A stretch of DNA of 64,000 nucleotides from Auanema rhodensis (lineage: Eukaryota; Animalia; Nematoda): the NCBI GenBank assembly GCA_964057225.1, contig CAXKVF010000091.1:62001-126000 (forward strand). Reading direction: 5' to 3'. The notes beneath the pieces were generated by a model. The model saw nothing but the letters and a program-made list of their open reading frames with translations. It was not told where the DNA came from and ran no database searches. Shown here in pieces: positions 58,401 through 64,000 of the stretch. A program made the translations under genes and the position numbers. Position 1 is the stretch's first letter; each line of letters begins with the position of its first letter.

Positions 58401-61400
58401 TCTAAAAACAAATTTTTATTGATATTGCTTCATGGTAACCATGACTTTGAAATTTACGTGAACTTTAATTTATGCTAATTAAATGTACACGTGATGTGCA
58501 CTTGGTATGTAACTCGCTTCACGTGAAAGATAAAGAGATGCGGTTTTCAAAATTAGATTCCCCATGTCCATATTAGTCTAAAAACAAATTTTTATTGATA
58601 TTGGTTCATGGTAACCATGACTTTGAAATTTACGTGAACTTTAATTTATGCTAATTAAATGTACACGTGATGTGCACTTGGTATGTAACTCGCTTCACGT
58701 GAGAGATAAAGAGATGCGGTTTTCAAAATTAGATTCCCCATGTCCATATTAGTCTAAAAACAAATTTTTATTGATATTGGTTCATGGTAACCATGACTTT
58801 GAAATTTACGTGAACTTTAATTTATGCTAATTAAATGTACACGTGATGTGCACTTGGTATGTAACTCGCTTCACGTGAAAGATAAAGAGATGCGGTTTTC
58901 AAAATTAGATTCCCCATGTCCATATTAGTCTAAAAACAAATTTTTATTGATATTGGTTCATGGTAACCATGACTTTGAAATTTACGTGAACTTTAATTTA
59001 TGCTAATTAAATGTACACGTGATGTGCACTTGGTATGTAACTCGCTTCACGTGAAAGATAAAGAGATGCGGTTTTCAAAATTAGATTCCCCATGTCCATA
59101 TTAGTCTAAAAACAAATTTTTATTGATATTGGTTCATGGTAACCATGACTTTGAAATTTACGTGAACTTTAATTTATGCTAATTAAATGTACACGTGCTG
59201 TGCACTTGGTATGTAACTCGCTTCACGTGAAAGATAAAGAGATGCGGTTTTCAAAATTAGATTCCCCATGTCCATATTAGTCTAAAAACAAATTTTTATT
59301 GATATTGGTTCATGGTAACCATGACTTTGAAATTTACGTGAACTTTAATTCATGCTAATTAAATGTACACGTGATGTGCACTTGGTATGTAACTCGCTTC
59401 ACGTGAAAGATAAAGAGATGCGGTTTTCAAAATTAGATTCCCCATGTCCATATTAGTCTAAAAACAAATTTTTATTGATATTGGTGCATGGTAACCATGA
59501 CTTTGAAATTTACGTGAACTTTAATTTATGCTAATTAAATGTACACGTGATGTGCACTTGGTATGTAACTCGCTTCACGTGAAAGATAAAGAGATGCGGT
59601 TTTCAAAATTAGATTCCCCATGTCCATATTAGTCTAAAAACAAATTTTTATTGATATTGGTTCATGGTAACCATGACTTTGAAATTTACGTGAACTTTAA
59701 TTTATGCTAATTAAATGTACACGTGATGTGCACTTGGTATGTAACTCGCTTCACGTGAAAGATAAAGAGATGCGGTTTTCAAAATTAGATTCTTCACGTC
59801 CATATTAGTCTAAAAACAAATTTTTATTGATATTGCTTCATGGTAACCATGACTTTGAAATTTACGTGAACTTTAATTTATGCTAATTAAATGTACACGT
59901 GATGTGCACTTGGTATGTAACTCGCTTCACGTGAAAGATAAAGAGAAGCGGTTTTCAAAATTAGATTCCCCATGTCCATATTAGTCTAAAAACAAATTTT
60001 TATTGATATTGCTTCATGGTAACCATGACTTTGAAATTTACGTGAACTTTAATTTATGCTAATTAAATGTACACGTGATGTGCACTTGGTATGTAACTCG
60101 CTTCACGTGAAAGATAAAGAGAAGCGGTTTTCAAAATTAGATTCCCCATGTCCATATTAGTCTAAAAACAAATTTTTATTGATATTGGTTCATGGTAACC
60201 ATGACTTTGAAATTTACGTGAACTTTAATTTATGCTAATTAAATGTACACGTGATGTGCACTTGGTATGTAACTCGCTTCACGTGAAAGATAAAGAGATG
60301 CGGTTTTCAAAATTAGATTACCCATGTCCATATTAGTCTAAAAACAAATTTTTATTGATATTGGTTCATGGTAACCATGACTTTGAAATTTACGTGAACT
60401 TTAATTTATGCTAATTAAATGTACACGTGATGTGCACTTGGTATGTAACTCGCTTCACGTGAAAGATAAAGAGATGCGGTTTTCAAAATTAGATTCTTCA
60501 CGTCCATATTAGTCTAAAAACAAATTTTTATTGATATTGCTTCATGGTAACCATGACTTTGAAATTTACGTGAACTTTAATTTATGCTAATTAAATGTAC
60601 ACGTGATGTGCACTTGGTATGTAACTCGCTTCACGTGAAAGATAAAGAGAAGCGGTTTTCAAAATTAGATTCCCCATGTCCATATTAGTCTAAAAACAAA
60701 TTTTTATTGATATTGCTTCATGGTAACCATGACTTTGAAATTTACGTGAACTTTAATTTATGCTAATTAAATGTACACGTGATGTGCACTTGGTATGTAA
60801 CTCGCTTCACGTGAAAGATAAAGAGAAGCGGTTTTCAAAATTAGATTCCCCATGTCCATATTAGTCTAAAAACAAATTTTTATTGATATTGGTTCATGGT
60901 AACCATGACTTTGAAATTTACGTGAACTTTAATTTATGCTAATTAAATGTACACGTGATGTGCACTTGGTATGTAACTCGCTTCACGTGAAAGATAAAGA
61001 GATGCGGTTTTCAAAATTAGATTCCCCATGTCCATATTAGTCTAAAAACAAATTTTTATTGATATTGGTTCATGGTAACCATGACTTTGAAATTTACGTG
61101 AACTTTAATTTATGCTAATTAAATGTACACGTGATGTGCACTTGGTATGTAACTCGCTTCACGTGAAAGATAAAGAGATGCGGTTTTCAAAATTAGATTC
61201 TCCATGTCCATATTAGTCTAAAAACAAATTTTTATTGATATTGGTTCATGGTAACCATGACTTTGAAATTTACGTGAACTTTAATTTATGCTAATTAAAT
61301 GTACACGTGATGTGCACTTGGTATGTAACTCGCTTCACGTGAAAGATAAAGAGATGCGGTTTTCAAAATTAGATTCCCCATGTCCATATTAGTCTAAAAA

Positions 61401-64000
61401 CAAATTTTTATTGATATTGGTGCATGGTAACCATGACTTTGAAATTTACGTGAACTTTAATTTATGCTAATTAAATGTACACGTGATGTGCACTTGGTAT
61501 GTAACTCGCTTCACGTGAAAGATAAAGAGATGCGGTTTTCAAAATTAGATTACCCATGTCCATATTAGTCTAAAAACAAATTTTTATTGATATTGGTTCA
61601 TGGTAACCATGACTTTGAAATTTACGTGAACTTTAATTTATGCTAATTAAATGTACACGTGATGTGCACTTGGTATGTAACTCGCTTCACGTGAAAGATA
61701 AAGAGATGCGGTTTTCAAAATTAGATTCCCCATGTCCATATTAGTCTAAAAACAAATTTTTATTGATATTGGTTCATGGTAACCATGACTTTGAAATTTA
61801 CGTGAACTTTAATTTATGCTAATTAAATGTACACGTGATGTGCACTTGGTATGTAACTCGCTTCACGTGAAAGATAAAGAGATGCGGTTTTCAAAATTAG
61901 ATTCCCCATGTCCATATTAGTCTAAAAACAACTTTTTATTGATATTGGTGCATGGTAACCATGACTTTGAAATTTACGTGAACTTTAATTTATGCTAATT
62001 AAATGTACACGTGATGTGCACTTGGTATGTAACTCGCTTCACGTGAAAGATAAAGAGATGCGGTTTTCAAAATTAGATTCCCCATGTCCATATTAGTCTA
62101 AAAACAAATTTTTATTGATATTGGTTCATGGTAACCATGACTTTGAAATTTACGTGAACTTTAATTTATGCTAATTAAATGTACACGTGATGTGCACTTG
62201 GTATGTAACTCGCTTCACGTGAAAGATAAAGAGATGCGGTTTTCAAAATTAGATTCCCCATGTCCATATTAGTCTAAAAACAAATTTTTATTGATATTGG
62301 TGCATGGTAACCATGACTTTGAAATTTACGTGAACTTTAATTTATGCTAATTAAATGTACACGTGATGTGCACTTGGTATGTAACTCGCTTCACGTGAAA
62401 GATAAAGAGATGCGGTTTTCAAAATTAGATTACCCATGTCCATATTAGTCTAAAAACAAATTTTTATTGATATTGGTTCATGGTAACCATGACTTTGAAA
62501 TTTACGTGAACTTTAATTTATGCTAATTAAATGTACACGTGATGTGCACTTGGTATGTAACTCGCTTCACGTGAAAGATAAAGAGATGCGGTTTTCAAAA
62601 TTAGATTCCCCATGTCCATATTAGTCTAAAAACAAATTTTTATTGATATTGGTTCATGGTAACCATGACTTTGAAATTTACGTGAACTTTAATTCATGCT
62701 AATTAAATGTACACGTGATGTGCACTTGGTATGTAACTCGCTTCACGTGAAAGATAAAGAGATGCGGTTTTCAAAATTAGATTCCCCATGTCCATATTAG
62801 TCTAAAAACAAATTTTTATTGATATTGGTGCATGGTAACCATGACTTTGAAATTTACGTGAACTTTAATTTATGCTAATTAAATGTACACGTGATGTGCA
62901 CTTGGTATGTAACTCGCTTCACGTGAAAGATAAAGAGATGCGGTTTTCAAAATTAGATTCCCCATGTCCATATTAGTCTAAAAACAAATTTTTATTGATA
63001 TTGGTTCATGGTAACCATGACTTTGAAATTTACGTGAACTTTAATTTATGCTAATTAAATGTACACGTGATGTGCACTTGGTATGTAACTCGCTTCACGT
63101 GAAAGATAAAGAGATGCGGTTTTCAAAATTAGATTCTTCACGTCCATATTAGTCTAAAAACAAATTTTTATTGATATTGCTTCATGGTAACCATGACTTT
63201 GAAATTTACGTGAACTTTAATTTATGCTAATTAAATGTACACGTGATGTGCACTTGGTATGTAACTCGCTTCACGTGAAAGATAAAGAGAAGCGGTTTTC
63301 AAAATTAGATTCCCCATGTCCATATTAGTCTAAAAACAAATTTTTATTGATATTGCTTCATGGTAACCATGACTTTGAAATTTACGTGAACTTTAATTTA
63401 TGCTAATTAAATGTACACGTGATGTGCACTTGGTATGTAACTCGCTTCACGTGGAAGATAAAGAGATGCGGTTTTCAAAATTAGATTCCCCATGTCCATA
63501 TTAGTCTAAAAACAAATTTTTATTGATATTGGTTCATGGTAACCATGACTTTGAAATTTACGTGAACTTTAATTTATGCTAATTAAATGTACACGTGATG
63601 TGCACTTGGTATGTAACTCGCTTCACGTGAAAGATAAAGAGATGCGGTTTTCAAAATTAGATTACCCATGTCCATATTAGTCTAAAAACAAATTTTTATT
63701 GATATTGCTTCATGGTAACCATGACTTTGAAATTTACGTGAACTTTAATTTATGCTAATTAAATGTACACGTGATGTGCACTTGGTATGTAACTCGCTTC
63801 ACGTGAAAGATAAAGAGAAGCGGTTTTCAAAATTAGATTCCCCATGTCCATATTAGTCTAAAAACAACTTTTTATTGATATTGGTGCATGGTAACCATGA
63901 CTTTGAAATTTACGTGAACTTTAATTTATGCTAATTAAATGTACACGTGATGTGCACTTGGTATGTAACTCGCTTCACGTGAAAGATAAAGAGATGCGGT
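46462..64000. repeat. 16-monomer higher-order repeat domain (2816-bp base unit) with internal duplication and deletion variants
   Basis: Base unit M265-M280 (46462-49277): gctt+T110A, gctt, A98G, T, T, A65C, T42C, G, cttcacgt, gctt+T110A x2, T, C132T, T, G+C131A, T. It restarts at 49278. The cttcacgt marker lies at 48000, 52400, 56096, 59792, 60496 and 63136. Confidence 0.85.

Larger units (their letters stand above)
1..64000. repeat. 176-bp tandem satellite DNA array (363 full monomers plus a 115-bp partial), probably centromeric or pericentromeric; extends past both window edges
   Basis: gcatggtaaccatg recurs at 1, 177, 353 and onward. The phase relative to a 176-bp period shifts only by single-base indels: -2 at 2.6 kb, -3 at 21.1 kb, -4 at 23.8 kb, -5 at 34.3 kb, -4 at 44.9 kb and -3 from 47.5 kb. 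The last monomer starts at 63886 = 363x176+1-3. No foreign sequence or inversion was seen. The centromeric role is inferred only from the nucleosome-sized monomer and high homogeneity. Confidence 0.99.

Noticed and set aside
1-64000. CRISPR array or other repeat-spacer system
   Set aside because: There are no unique spacers. The entire 176-bp unit repeats, and no cas or other genes are present.
1-64000. Embedded transposon, strand switch or non-satellite island
   Set aside because: The 176-bp phase is accounted for end to end by seven 1-bp indels, leaving no room for an insertion, and the orientation never changes.

Overview
The whole 64-kb window is one uninterrupted, head-to-tail, single-orientation satellite DNA array: 363 complete monomers of 176 bp plus a 115-bp partial monomer starting at 63886. 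It is about 32% GC (57/176 in the consensus). Consensus, with monomer positions numbered from window base 1: gcatggtaaccatgactttgaaatttacgtgaactttaatttatgctaattaaatgtacacgtgatgtgcacttggtatgtaactcgcttcacgtgaaagataaagagatgcggttttcaaaattagattccccatgtccatattagtctaaaaacaaatttttattgatattggt. Most monomers differ from it at 0-4 positions. I found no genes, RNA genes, transposons or CRISPR; the single 60-aa ORF is a chance stop-codon loss. Monomer length and homogeneity are typical of a eukaryotic centromeric or pericentromeric satellite (inference). I do not recognise the family or the organism. The informative signal lies in the variants, which I read by eye monomer by monomer (M1-M364). They show: (i) nested, local higher-order repeats (2/3-mer, 4-mer, 10/11-mer, 13-mer, 16-mer, 17-mer and an ~11-kb super-block); (ii) layered variant domains, with a more diverged zone at ~34-46 kb; (iii) multi-base variants that each copy a nearby motif of the monomer; and (iv) independent variants converging on a TTCA(C/T)G motif at roughly quarter-monomer spacing. 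All variant calls are manual and need confirmation by alignment.
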